NCBI GenBank assembly: GCA_030390025.1
Contig: CM059431.1
Location: 133,488,001-133,552,000, forward strand
Length of the DNA: 64,000 nucleotides
Direction of reading: 5' to 3'
DNA from: Squalus acanthias
Lineage: Eukaryota
The first letter of the stretch is position 1; the number at the start of each line of letters is the position of its first letter. Under the pieces are notes generated by a model. It searched no databases and was not told the DNA's origin. It saw only the letters and a program-made list of their open reading frames with translations. This document shows, piece by piece, positions 12,490-25,901 of the stretch. The translations under genes and the position numbers were made by a program.

Positions 12490-14520
12490 AGGTGGGTCAG
12501 AACTGTCTATGGATGTTGTCTGCATGGACATCCAGAATGCATTTGTTAAGGTTTGAGTCATAAGGGGAACTAATGGGATATGACAAGTGGTATTCCCCAG
12601 GGTCCTGCACTGGGGCCTCAGCTTTTCAGCATATATATTAATGAATTGGATAGAGGAATTGAGAGTTGTATATCCAAGGTTACAGATGACACCAAGTTAG
12701 GAGGCATAGTAAGTTGTACAGATGGAAGCAGGAAGTTACAAAAGAGACATTGATAGATTAAATGAGTGCACAAAACTGTGGCAGATGGAGATCAATGTGA
12801 GGAAGTGTGACGTAATCCACTTTTGATCCAACAAAGAAAAATCAGAACATTTACTTAATGGTGAGAAAGTAGGAACTATAGAGGGCAAAGGGACTTGGGT
12901 GTCCATGTCCAATTAAATGGGTATCCAACTAAATACTTAATTGGAGGAAGGCAAATTTCAGTGGGTTGAGAATGGATCTGGCCCGGGTAAATTGGAATCA
13001 AAGATTGGCAGGCAGAACTGTAATCGAACAATGGGCTGCCTTTAAAGAGGAGATGGTTTGGGTACAGTCGAGGTACATTCCCACAAGGGGGAAAGGTTAG
13101 GCAACCAAAGTCAGAGCTCCCTGGATGATGAAAGAGATAGAGAGTAAGCTGAAGCAGAAAAAGAGCACGTATGACAGATGTCAGGTTGAGAATACAAGTG
13201 AGAATCAGACTGAATATAAAAAGTTCAGAGGGGAAGTGAAAAAGAAAATAAAAGAGGCAAAGAGAGAGTATGAAAATAGATTGGCAGCTAACATAACAGG
13301 GAATTCAAAAGTCTTCTATAGGCATATAAATAATAAACGGGTAGTAAGAGGAGGGGTGGGGCTGATTAGGGTCCAAAAAGGAGACCTACACATGGAGACA
13401 GAGGGCATGGCTTAGGTACTAAATGAGTAATTTGCATCTGTCTTCACCAAGGAAGAAGATGCTGCCAAAGTCATAGAGGTAGTAGAGATACTGAATGAGT
13501 TAAAAATTGATAAAGAAGATGTACTAGAAAGGCTGTCTGAACTTAAAGTAGATAAGTCACCAGGACCGGATGGGATGCATCCTAGGATGTTGAGGGAGGT
13601 TAAGGAGGAAATTGCGGAGGTACTGGCCTTAATCTTCCAATCCTCCTTAGATAAGGGGGTGGTGCCAGAAGACTGGAGAATTACAAATGTTACACCATTG
13701 TTCAAAAAAGGGTGTAAGGATAAATCCAGCAACTAAAGGCCAGTCAGTTTAACCTCTGTAGTGGGGAAGCTTTTAGAAACGATAATCAGGGACAAAGTTA
13801 ACAGTCACTTGGACAAGTGTGGATTAATTAAGGAAAGCCAGCACAGATTTGTTAAAGGCAAATTGTGTTTAACTAACTTGATCGAGTTTTTTGATGAGGT
13901 AATAGAGAGGGTTGATGAGGGCAATACAGTTAATGTGGTGTATATGGATTTCCAAAAGATGTTTGATAAAGTGCCACATAATAGGCTTGCCAGCAAAGTT
14001 GAAGCCCATGGAATAAAAGGGACAGTGGCAACATGGATATGAAATTGGCTAAGTGACAGGAAACAGAGAGTAGTGGTGAAAGGTTGTTTTTTGGACTGGA
14101 GGAAGGTATACAGTGGTGTTCCCCAGGGGTCAGTACTAGGACCACTGCTTTTCTTGACGTATATTAATGACTTGGACTTGGGTGTACAGGGCACAATTTC
14201 AAAATTTGCAGATGACAGAAAACTTGGAAGTATAGTGAACAGTGAGGAGGATAGTGACAGACATCAGTAAGACATAGACAGGCTGGTGAAATAGGCGGAC
14301 ATGTGGCAGATGAAATTTAACACAGAAAAGTGCGAAGTGATACATTTTGGTAGGAAGAATGAGTAGAGGAAATATAAATTAAGGGGTACAATCCTAAAGA
14401 GGCTGCATGAACAGAGAGACCTGGGGGTATATGTACACAAATCGTTGAAGGTGGCAGGGCAGGTTGAGAAAGCGGTTAAAAAAATCATACGGGATACTGG
14501 GCTTCATAAATAGAGGCATA
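12490..14520 (+). mobile_element. CR1 LINE fragments (old RT piece 12490-12910; linker plus RT about 12930-14520)
   Basis: ORF2 motifs in ORFs 13125, 13761 and 14073. Cut by a Harbinger terminus exactly after ATAAATAGAGGCATA. Confidence 0.9.
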
Positions 14521-14727
14521 GGGCTAGAAATTCATTATAGCCCAGGAATGGGCGGTAAAATTAGAAAAGCTGGAGAATTAGCGCCAGGCGCTAATGCTGT
14601 AGACTGCATGCAAAATTAAGTCTCACTGCTCAAAGAAATGATTGGGGCGCTAATTGAAGCCTTAAAGCCTAAGCTCATTGGCGTTACACTCAAAGCGTGA
14701 ACCAATATAAGATGCAGACTACAACAA

Positions 14728-15080
14728 ATACAAAAAGAAAATACTGCAGATGCTGGAAATCTGAAATAAAAACAGAAAATGCTGGAGATACTCAGCAGGT
14801 CAGGCAACATCTGTGAAGAGAGAAACAGAGTTAATGTTTCAGATCAATGACCTTTCGTCAGAACTGGAAAAAAGCAGGAAATGGAACAGATTTTTAAGCA
14901 AGTGTAGGAGCTGGGAAAGGGGGGAGAGGAACAAAGAACAAAAGGGAAGGTCTGTGATAGGATAGAAGACAGGAGAGGTTAAGAGACATTAAGAGATATT
15001 CAAGGCAAAAGGAGATGGTAATGGGACAGGTTAAGAAACAAAAGATGGCTCTAGATGAAGTGTAAATTACGCTGGCAGAA
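14728..15080 (-). mobile_element. Penelope-like element terminal fragment inside Harbinger A
   Basis: Shark palindromic-repeat sequence plus a purine-rich extension; contains a hammerhead-like core. Confidence 0.65.
14829..14865 (-). ncRNA. Minimal type I hammerhead ribozyme motif (degenerate)
   Basis: AGUU-CUGACGA-A-AGGUC(AUU)GAUCU-GAAA-CA-UU-AACU: stem I 4 bp, stem II 5 bp, conserved core. Stem III AACGUU has decayed to AACAUU. Confidence 0.6.
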
Positions 15081-15259
15081 TGAGAGACAGCTGCCAGTCT
15101 AATTGCTCGTCATCATTACCACAGGCTTTTCCCAGTTCTTAAAGGGGAAGTTCAATGATGCTGCAGAATCTCATTCTCAGTATTGCTGGCTGTGCAGCTG
15201 GCTCAGCAAGCAGCAGCAGGTCAAATAGAAGGAGCCGGATGACTCAAGCAGCTGTACTG

Positions 15260-17100
15260 ATGGCAGATCCATGGCCTAAGGAGGGAGACCGCAGATTCTG
15301 TGATGAAGCTGGTGTTTGCTGTGGAGAGACGGAGTGCGGTGCTCTACCCAATAAGTGGCAGGAGGTCCTCGCCGCAAGTCTTCTGCACTATGCGGAGAGA
15401 GGTAGCCCAGCATGTCTTGGGCAGCACTGTGGCCCCCAGGACCCACACACAGTGCAGGAAGAAATTTAACGAACTCATTCAGGTGGTCAGGGTGAGTGAA
15501 TGCTTCAACAAATGCTACATACCACCATCTGTACCACAGTCTTCACACACTGCCCAAAGCACCACACCCCCAGCACTCACCCACCAACAATCTCTACCTA
15601 CTAACATTCACACCCACATCTCACACCTTGCACACAATGACAACTATTCAACTATGGCAGGCACATCACCCAAACCCATTGCTCCACACTCACTCACACA
15701 CTTTGGTTTCTCATGCAGGCCAAGGTGGCTCACAACAGGAGTCAGCAGGAGCACACAGAAGGGGGACAAGCCAACACCCAACCACTGTCTGCGCTGGAGG
15801 AATGAGTGCTGCAGATTATTGGGTGCCAGGTGGTGGGCGCCGTGGCCACGTTCACCCCCTTGGGGACAACAACAGTATGTTCATCTCTGCTCCTTCTTCT
15901 CACATCACAATTCCCCCTCACTCCACAAGCGTTTCCCACTTTCCAGCTAATCATGCTGTCTCCATGCATTTTTCCCTTCCTGCCCCCCTCCCCTCACCTT
16001 AACCCAACTCTTGTGCCTTTATGCTTTCAGATAATGAGCAAGCACCTGAGCAGCCTGTCCCTGAGGGCACCGTAGAGAGCGAGACAGGGGAAGAGAAGGA
16101 GGAAGAACACACATGTCTCACCTGCAGGCACCAGCTCAGATACTGGCACTATGCATTTAGAGGCTAGTATATTAGCGGGATCTGCACAGGGTGATGTACT
16201 GGTGATGAACGGGCTGCTGCAAGGCCAGGGGGAAAAGGTAACTTGGGGGCCAGCTCCCCGGAGGGCGAGTTCGCATGCGAGTTCTGCTGCACAGGACTCA
16301 GATGAGGACCTCGATGGCAAAGCGTTTAGAAGAAGGGTGATGGGCAAGCACACGGAGATGATAGGTGCAATGGCAAGGGTGCCCGAGAGCCTCTCGGCAA
16401 TGATAAGGAGCGTGGAGGAGTCTGCCTCCAACATTGCACAAGGCTCTGCGCACACCATGGAGCCCATCATTTCCAGTCTGCAATAGATGGTAGACTCCCA
16501 GAGAGACTGTGGCGACCCAGACCTGATGCCGCGTGTGATGGGCGATCTGACAGCTTCCATTGCAGCACAGGCGGAAGTGACGCAACGTCTTAGTGCTGTA
16601 ATGCAGTCTATGCTTGGTGGCATCCAATCCCAGACTGCTCTCATGCTGTCTGAGCTTGATGCCACGCTAGCTCTGACTGCTGTCATTGTGGCTGGGTCTA
16701 CCATCGTCTGCACAGTGCCGCAGCAGGCCAGCAATCTGTGCTCCAACAGATTGATAGGGATGCTGAGGTGCTGCCCCGGGGGAGTGGCAGTGGGTCAGTG
16801 GAGCAGGAACCTGCTGTCCTCTTTCAGGTTGACAGCATTCCTGCTCCCACCACTGGCACTCCGCCATTGTCCTTGTCGCTGCCTGACATCCAGCCAGCCC
16901 ATGCTGAGGTGGTGCAGTCTATAGCCGGGCCTTCCAGGCCCAGAGCTGGTCGAGGGTGTCCTGCAAGGCCATTTGAAGTCTCCCACACGGACACTCAGCA
17001 GCCTTCCACCAGCCGTGCTGCAGCCACTGGGCCAACACTTCGTAGGAGCACTAGAGTAGGCCAAGGCACAGTAACTAAGGGATTGCACAAGGGTGAATAG
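15260..17100 (+). pseudogene. Harbinger Myb/SANT-like DNA-binding protein gene, 3 exons, disrupted
   Basis: Exon 1 ends RTHTQCRKKFNELIQVVR|GTGAGT (about 15491); exon 2 starts CAG|AKVAHNRSQQEHTEGG (about 15719); exon 3 starts at 16031 after TTTCAG. Internal stops and frameshifts. Confidence 0.85.
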
Positions 17101-18270
17101 TTAATATTGTTGTTATAAGTATGTGTTCACTGATTTTTGATAAATTTATTAATTCAGTTTGGATTCTTTTGCGGTGTCTCTCATTTCATTTTGATATAGC
17201 GTGCGAAAGGGATGGAATGATGGGGATGTGGTGAGCAAGAGGGATCTGGGGTTTAATTTATTGGAACCGCAGTCTGATGAAGCGATCACGGGCCACCCTT
17301 CCGGAAGGCCAATTGAGTGGTTGCCTCCTCCCTCGCTCCTGTTCCTCCTCATCTTCCTCCTGTCCCTCTTCCTCCTTCTGAGGTGGTCCTGCAATCCCTG
17401 GTGGCAAAGGCTGCCCCTCATGATGGCCAAGTTGTGAAGCATGTAGCAGACCACCACAAAATAGGACACCTGGTCCGCCGCGTACTGGAGGGCTCCTCCC
17501 GAGCGGTCAAGGTAGCGGAACATTGCTTCAGTAGCCCGATGGTCTGCTCGATGATGTTCCTGGTGGAAGCACGGCTCTCATTATATGAGTGCTGGGCACG
17601 AGTGTTGGGGTTGTGGAGGGGAGTCATGAGCCAGGTGGAGAGCGGATAGCCCTTGTCTCTGAGCAGCCACCCTCGAGTTTCATGTGGTGGCTTTAAGATT
17701 GCTGGCACACCGACTAACGCAGGATGAAGGCATCATGGCTGCTGTCAGGATAGCGGGCATTGGCCATCAGGAATTTCTGGGCGTGGTCGCACACCAGCTG
17801 CACATTAAGTGTGTGGTAGCCCTTGCGGTTATGGAAGATCTCAGGGTTGTTATATGGTGCCCGCAAAGCCACGTGGGTGCAGTTGATGGCACCCTGCACC
17901 ATGGGAAAGCCCGCTATCCTGGCAAAGCCACATGCGCGCTCGTCCTGCTTCTCTCTGCTCAGACAGAAGAAAACGGAATCCCTTCTCCTGGTGTAGAGAG
18001 CCTCAGTGACCTCCCGGATGCAGCAATGGACGGTGAACTGGGAAATGTTAGCTATGTCTCCTGTTGCAGACTGGGAGGATCCACAGGCGCAGAAATTGAG
18101 GGCCACGGTAACCTTGAGGGCTACTGGGAGATCTGTGGTCGCCCTGCTCTGAGGCTGCAGGTCTGGTTGCAGGAGGTGGCAGAGTTCTGTGACCACCTCC
18201 TTGGTGAAGCGGAGCCTCCTAATACACTGTTTCATGCTTAAGTGGATAAAAGAGGAGCGCTCTCGGAAGA

Positions 18271-21129
18271 TCTCTGGATTACTACCAGTGCCACGTGCTA
18301 GTGAGTTCAGAAATTATAGCTATTACAGAGATGTGGCTGAAAGAGGGGCAGGTATGGCAGCTCAACATTCCTGGTTACAGGATTTTCAGACGGGATAGAG
18401 AGGGAGGTAAAAAGGAAGGGGGGGGGGTCGCGGTATTGATTAAAGAAACTATTACAGCTGTGAGGAGGGATGATATGTTGGAGGGGTCATCAAACGAGGC
18501 CATATGGGTCAAATTGAAAAACAAAAAAGGGGCGATCACACTGCTGGGAGTGTACTACAGACCCCTAAACAGTGAGAGGGAGATAGAAGAACAAATATGT
18601 AGACAAATTTCTGAGAAGTGCAAAAACTATAGGGCAGTAATAGTAGGAGATTTCAACAACCCAATATTAACTGGGATAAAATTAGTGTGAAGGGTATAGA
18701 AGGTGCGGAATTCCTAAAATGCATCCAGGAAAACTTTTTTAGCCAGTATGTAGCAAGCCCAACAAGGGAGGGGGCGGTTCTGGATTTAGTTTTAGGGAAT
18801 GAAGCTGGGCAGGTAGAAGGCGTATCAGTGGGGGAGCATTTTGGTGCTAGTAAACATAATTCTGTTAGATTTAAGGTAGTTATGGAAAAGGACAAGGATA
18901 GACCAGGAATAAAAATTCTAAATTGGGGAAAAGCAAATTTTGCTAAGCTCAGAGGGGATTTAGCCATAGTGGACTGGAAACAGCTTGAAGGTAAATCAGT
19001 GTCAGAGCAGTGGGAGACATTCAAGGAAGAGATCCAGAGGGTTCAGATCAAACATATGCCCTTAAAGAAAAAAGGTGGGACTAACAAATCTAGAGCCCCC
19101 TGGATGTCTAGAGACATGCAGGGTAGGATAAAGAAAAAAAGGGAGGCGTATGACAGATACCGAGGGCTAAATACTCCAGAATCTTTAGAGGAGTACAGAA
19201 AGTGCAGGGGTGCAATTAAAAATGATATTAGGAAAGCAAAGAGAGAGCATGAAAAATTCTTGGCAAGTAAAATCAAGGAAAACCCAAAGATGTTTTATAA
19301 ATATATTAAGATTAAGAGTGTGATTAAAGAAAGGATAGGGCCTATTATAGATCATGAGGGTAATCTGTGTGTGGAGGCGGGAGACGTCAGTAGGGTTCTT
19401 AATGAATACTTTGCGTCTGTTTTCACAAAGGAGAGGGGCGAAGCAGACATTGCTATCGGGGGGAGGAGTGTGAAATATTAGATGAAATAAACATAGAGAG
19501 AGAGAGGAAGTATTAAGGGGCTTAGCAGCTTTAAAAGTGGATAAATCCCCAGGCCCGGATGAAATGTATCCCAGGCTGTTAAGCGAAGCAAAGGAGAAAA
19601 TAGCAGTGGCCCTGACCATCATTTTTCAATCCTCTCTGGCTTCAGGTGAGGTGCCGGAGGACTGGAGGACTGCTAATGTGGTACCCTTGTTTAAAAAGGG
19701 AGAAAAGGATAGACCGAGTAATTACAGGCCAGTCAGCGTAACCTTGGTGGTGGGAAAATTATTGGAAATAATTCTGAAGGACAGGATAAATCTTCATTTA
19801 GAAAGACACAGATTAATCAAGGATATTCAGTACGGATTTGTTAAGAGAAGGTCGTGTCTGACAAACTTGATTGAATTTTTTGAGGAGGTAGCAAGGAGGG
19901 TAGATGAGGGTAGTGCATTTGATGTAGTGTATATGGACTTTAGCAAGGCTTTTGATAAGGTTCCACATGGCAGACTGCTCACGAAGTTAAAAGCCCATGG
20001 GATCCAGGGCAAAGTGTCAAGTTGGATTCAAAACTGGCTTGGAGACAGGAAGCAGAGGGTAATGGTTGATGGGTGTTTTTGTGACTGGAAGGCTGTTTCC
20101 AGTGGGGTTCCGCAGGGCTCAGTACTAGGTCCCTTGCTTTTTGTGGTATATATCAACGATCTTGACTTGAATATAGGGGGTATGATTAAGAAGTTTGCAG
20201 ATGATACTAAAATTGGCTGTGTGGTTGATACTGAAGAAGGAAGCTGTAGACTGCAGGAAGATATCAATAAATTGGTCAGGTGGGCAGAACAGTGGCAAAT
20301 GGAATTCAATCCGGAGAAGTGTGAGGTAATGCATTTGGGGAGGGCTAACAAGGAAAGGGAATACACATTAAATGGTAGGACACTGAGTAGTGTAGAGGAA
20401 CAAAGGGACCTTAGAGTGCATGTCCACAGATCCCAGAAGGTAGCAGGCCAGGTAGATAAGGTGGTTAAGAAGGCATACGGAATACTTGCCTTTATTAGCC
20501 GTGGCATAGACTACAAGAGCAGGGGGAGTTATGCTTCAACTGTATAAAAGACTAGTTAGGCCTCAGCTAGAGTACTGCGTGCAGTTCTGGTCACCACATT
20601 ACAGGAAAGATGTGATTGCACTAGAGAGGGTACAGAGGAGATTTACAAGGATGTTGCCGGGAGTAGAGAATCTTAGCTATGAGGAAAGACTGGATAGTCT
20701 GGGTCTGTTTTCCTTGGAACAGAGGAGGCTGAGGGGAGACCTTATTGAGGTGTATAACATTATGAGGGTCATAGATAAAGTGGATAGAAAGGACCTATTT
20801 CCCTTAGCAGAAGGGTCAAAACCAGGGGGCACAGATTTAAAGCAATTGGGGGAAGGTTTAGAGGGGATTTGAGGGGAAATTTCTTCACCCAGAGGGTTGT
20901 GGGGGTCTGAAAATCACTGCTTGAAAGGGTGGTAGAGGCAGGAACCCTAACCACATTTAAAAAGTACTTGGATGTGCACTTGGGATGCTCTAACCTGCAG
21001 GGCTACGGACCAAGTGCTGGGAAGTGGGATTAGGCTGGATAGCTCTTTGTTGGCTGGTGCGGACACGATGGGCCGAAATGGCCTCCTTCCGTGCTGTAAC
21101 TTTCTATGATTCTATGATTCTCTGATTCT
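18271..21129 (+). mobile_element. CR1 LINE with most of ORF2 (APE endonuclease plus RT), frameshifted
   Basis: IAITEMWL, GVYYRP, VGDFN and FADDTK motifs; (TTCTATGA)n tail; apparent TSD AAGA (18267-70 and 21130-33). Confidence 0.95.
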
Positions 21130-21139
21130 AAGACATTAG

Positions 21140-24100
21140 GGGCTAGAAATTCATGACCTTAGCGCCACTCCGTAGCACCATTAAATGGCGCTAAAACGGT
21201 GGCCACCGCTCTTTCGGCAGCTGCTGGCAGCCACTGTTTTCGTCCCTACCTTTGCGCTGCCAGTAACTCGCAGCGGCATCTCCAACGCCATGCCGACTTT
21301 ACGTCGCAAGCATGAACTTCGACCCGCGCGCTGAATTCAGGTTAACCTGGCGTGCAAGCAGGCTGACAGTGCGATGTCTGGACCTCTTAAAGGGACACAC
21401 ACATCATTCAGGTAAGTTTGAATTTTAGGTTTTGGAATGGGTTTATTGATTTTATTGAAGTGGTGGCTTACTGCAATAGATGTGTGAAGTTTTTTAAGTG
21501 TGTAGGGTGTCCTGCTGGACACTTGCAAAGGCTTGGATGGTAAATGAAGGCCTTTGAGGAGACAGAACATGCTGCAAATACTCAGCAGGTCATGCAACAT
21601 TCGTGAAGAGAAAAACATAGTTTACGTCTCAGGTTGAGATGCTGAGTATTTCTAGCATTTTATGCTGTCATTTCACAGTTACAGCATTCGCTTGCAGAGG
21701 GAAGAGGAAGACACAGAAGAGGAGGAAGCTAAAATCGGCTGTGTGGTTGATAATGAAGAAGATAGCTGTAGACTGCAGGAGGCTATCAATGGACTGGTCA
21801 GGTGGGCAGAACAGTGGCAAATGGAATTCAATCTGGAGAAGTGTGAGGCAATGCAGTTGGGGAGGGCTAATAAGGCAAGGGAAATACACAATAAATGGTA
21901 GGACACTGACAAGTGTAGAGGAACAAAGGGACCTTGGAGTGCATGTCCACAGATCCCTGAAGGTAGCAGGCCAGATAGATAAGGTAGTTAAGAAGGCATA
22001 CGGAATACTTGCCTTTATTAGCCGAGGCATAGAATACAAGAGCAGGGAGGTTATGCTTGAACTGTATCAAACTCTACTTAGGTCACAGCTAGAGTACTGC
22101 GTGCAGTTTTGGTCACCACATTACAGGAAGGATGTGATTGCACTGGAGAGGGTACAGAAGAGATTTACGAGGATGTTGCCTGTACTGGAGAATTTTAGCT
22201 ATGAGGAAAGATTGGATAGGCTGGGTTTGTTTTCTTTGGAACAGAGGAGGCTGAGGGGAGACCTTATTGAGGTGTATGAAATTATGAGCGGCCTAGATAG
22301 AGTGGATAGAAAAAAACTGTTTCCTTGGCAGAGGGGTCAACAACCAGGGGGCATAGATTTAAAGTAATTGGTAGGAGGTTTAGAGGAAATTTGAGTGGAA
22401 ATTTCTTCACCCAGAGGGTGGTGGGGGTCTGGAACTCACTGCATGAAAGGGTGGTAGAGGCAGAGACCCTCACTACATTTAAAAAGTGCTGGATGTACAC
22501 TTGAAGTGCCGTAACCTACAGCGCTACGGACCAATAGCTGGAAAGTGGGATTAGGCTGGATAGCTCTTTGTCGGCCGGCGTGGACACAATGGGCCGAAAT
22601 GGCATCCTTCTGTGCTGTAAATTTCTATGATTCTATGAAGCCAAAGTGGAGGAATCAGAAGGAAGGATGCATCCCAGACAGCCCCTTTGTGGCCAGGATA
22701 TCTGGGATGGAATCATCCGCCTGCAGTCCCAGGGACCACAACCCCAATTCCCCTTTCAACACTAGTCCCGCACCTTACCTTCCATCGGTTACTGACCATC
22801 ACAGCGTCCACTTGGCCACGATGCTGAAATAAAAGCCACCACAAATCAAATTTTCCAATCCACCTATATACGTCTATTCATCCAGTGTGACGTCATAAAT
22901 CAACTCATCACCTGTATGCATTCTCTTAGTGACTATCTTGTGTGTGCCTTTGCCTATCCTACTGATGTCACGCAATGTTACCCCAGTGGCTGCAGCATGG
23001 CTGGTGGAAGGCTGCTGACTTTCAGTGGGAGAACACTGCAAATGTCCTTGCTGGTTGACCTTGAGGAGCTGGTGGTTGGGAGTGTCAAATGAATCATCTT
23101 CTTCTTGTTCTTCTTCACTCTTCTCTCCCTCTTCTTGGTCACCCACTGGCTGGGCAGGCTGCATTTCTTGGGTGTGTGAAATGAGGAAGGCACAAGGGCG
23201 GGAAAGCATGAGGTGCATGCCAGAAGGAGGATAACGTACGAGGAAACCAGCATCTTGTATCCTTTCAGCCACACCGCTGGCTATGGGGTCAGCCATGCCC
23301 CTGCCAAGAATGGCCAGCACCGTCTCCTCCAAGGGGGCGAGGTGAGGCTTGGAATGGGAGATGTACCTCGTGATTGGTGCAGATTGTTGGTAGATGAATG
23401 ATTGGGGATGGGGATCGTGCATTGAGCAGTGTGTGAAGCTAGTGGTGCAGTTGGTAGGAGGCGGATTTTGAAGATGCATTCACTGAGCTTGACCAGTGGT
23501 CTAAGGTCATGAAGCTTCTTTGGGCACTGGTGCCAGGTGGTGGAGGCGACACTGCTGGCAGTGACGGCCTTGGTGATGTGGTCCCACATCATTCTTTCTG
23601 GATGGCTTCCTTGCCCCTGTGGGTAGATGACCTCTCTTGCAGTGTTGACCTCTGCACAAAGCTGGAGTGCTGCGTGCGAGACCCTGGGTGCCCCTTCCCT
23701 GGCTTGCTGAGCCATTTGTGTTAGTGCTGAGGCATTTTTCCAATTTTTTGAGTTTAGGAAGGGAATTCGGCTTTAAGAGCTGAATATTCACATTTGGGAC
23801 TTTTTTTTAATATTACATTTTTTTTTAAAGGCAGAATGGTCTGAAAATTGTGTTGTTTCACTTTTAATTTGTATTGCTTCAGTGTTCATGGCCCCTTTAA
23901 TTCTCAGACCTCTTCATTACCCACAATTCCTTGTGAGCTCCACAGCCTCGATTCCAGAGGCTGTGCGAACCTCGAACACCGCTCCTGCACAGCAACTTCG
24001 CCTCGGATGCTTCCAGCAATGCCACCAGGACAGCGTTTCATGGAGGGTAAGTGCTGCGCCAACAATCTCCTGCCCCCCAGATGATTTTTCCCCATTAGCA

Positions 24101-24180
24101 TTGTGGCCATTTTCAGCGGCCATTAACTCCAGTTGCCGGTGACACTGGCAACTTTACTGGCGAACACGAATTTCTCCCCC
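21140..24180 (-). mobile_element. Non-autonomous Harbinger B (Myb remnant on -, transposase deleted), nested in element A
   Basis: TIRs GGGCTAGAAATTC and GAATTTCTCCCCC with TSD TAG on both sides. Myb exon MAQQAREGAPRVS...TWHQCPKKLHDL (23715-23490). Confidence 0.9.
21730..22636 (+). mobile_element. CR1 3' fragment nested in Harbinger B
   Basis: C-terminal ORF2 plus TTCTATGA tail; TSD GAAGC (21725-29 and 22637-41). Confidence 0.95.
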
Positions 24181-25901
24181 TAGATGGGGAAGGCCTCCTG
24201 TTGAGAGTCCTCCATCTACTCCCTCTGTGCACATCTTCTTGTCTTCTTCGCTGCCTCCACTCACTCTCCTGAAGATACTTGAGCGTGAGGGGGACTGCCA
24301 GTAGAGCCCCCATGACTGTGAGCAAGTGATGTGAGCAGAAGCCTTTAAATAAGAATGAAGGCGTTCTCCACTTGCAAACACACTCCCTATTGCCTTAGAA
24401 CCTTGAAAGAAGTTAATAAAGTTATTGGAGTTGCAGAAAGTTGCACAGAGCCAGTCAAACTGAACAAACATGTCAGGTGCAAGTAGTTGCTGATGATCCC
24501 TTAAATTCCGCTGCTGGAGCCTCCTTCCTGCTTGTCAACGCTTGCTCAGCTCGTCACAATTAAGACAGGCCGGTAAGTGGAGCGGCGGTGTCAAAACTCG
24601 CAGATCGGGCGTCAAGTGAGCGTTGCACACTCACAGACGTCATGATCTGCATAATCTACATAATTTTGGTGAGCGCTAACATCGACAGCGCTGCTGGCCA
24701 TCCGAAAATAGCAGCCGCCATGGAACCTGCATGCAGTGGGCGGTATTGCGGCGGCCGCCATTTTTTCCCCTGAATCTGGCGGTAACAGGCGGAGCTAAAC
24801 CCCCGAATTTCTAGGCCTTGTCTTTATTCCCTTGAGTATAGAAGGTTGAATCATAGAATCATAGAAATTTACGGTAATGGTATGAAGAGATATGGAGCAA
24901 AGTAAATGGAGTTGAGGTGCGGATCAGCCATGATTTAATTGAATGGCAGAGCAGGCTGGAGAGGCAAAATGGCCGACTCCTATTAGGGTGTCAAACTTTC
25001 GAAAGCATCCGACATCTGGGCGAGTGGCCTTACGATCTGGGCACAATGGTCAGAGGTCTGCAACTGCAGGCTGAAGGTTCAAACCATTTCAATGGTTTGT
25101 GTGACTTCAGAGCTCAGATTAGCATGGAAAATCCTATTAGAATATCACCTGCTGGGATCATGGGGAATGGTTACTGGCAAGCATAACATGTAGGTGTGCA
25201 GAGATTTAACTTGAGAATATCCATAGGAATATGTTTACATAGGATTTTAAAATGGAACATGTGAATTACATACTAATTTAACAACATATAGATTAATGAG
25301 ATGACATAAAGTAGTTTACGTTATTCCTTGCCAGCTCGCTGGAGAGCTCACTAATCTTCAAACAGTGACATCAAAGGGAAACACAACATAATGCTTAGTT
25401 TCAATACATGGCCTTTGTACTTTATACTCATGAAGCTGAAATCAGTAGGACCATTTATCATACCAGTATGGCTTGGCACACCATAAATTGAGATCAGAGT
25501 CAATGAAAAACTGCACAGACATCTTAATAAAGACTGAGAGTATGTTTCTGATATAAGCACAGCTAGGCTAATTTAGTAACTCATTAAAGAAAGGACTGGA
25601 ATAGATGAAAACTTAAATTACAGGAAAATCCCATTGAGAATCATTGTTTTTTCACCAACGGGCTCTGGGTAGTTAGACAATAGCTCTGAGTCACATTTAA
25701 AACTAGAAATATTGCCTAAAAACAGTTATATGCAACACTTTAGAAGTTCACTGTTATCTGTTTAGCGATGCAGTTCCGTCAGCTGTTTCTCAGCTGCTGC
25801 TCTTTAAGTGCTCTTGTTGTTCCCACCTGCTGACATGACAATTTATAGTAAGGACATTGTCATTTAGTACTCATCTGATAATAAGTACTTTCAGGAACAT
25901 T

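Larger units (their letters stand above)
17258..24313 (-). pseudogene. HARBI1-like DDE transposase of element A, split by two insertions
   Basis: N-terminus MGALLAVP...RRPSPS (24313-24181), a few bases at 21136-21130, then VFRERSSFIHLSMKQCIRRLRF...GAINCTH...NRKGY...SSHDAFIL...LLRDKGYP...RNIIEQTIGLLK...LHNLAI (18270-17258). First catalytic D is N; there is a stop and a frameshift. Confidence 0.9.
14521..24817 (+). mobile_element. Harbinger element A (formerly autonomous; Myb gene on +, transposase on -) with nested insertions
   Basis: TIRs GGGCTAGAAATTC (14521) and GAATTTCTAGGCC (24805-24817); both Harbinger genes are present. Flanking trinucleotides do not match (ATA vs TTG). Confidence 0.8.

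Noticed and set aside
17258..18270. Host HARBI1 gene
   Set aside because: Lies within TIRs opposite a Myb gene and has a stop, a frameshift and a D-to-N catalytic change; it is a transposon copy.
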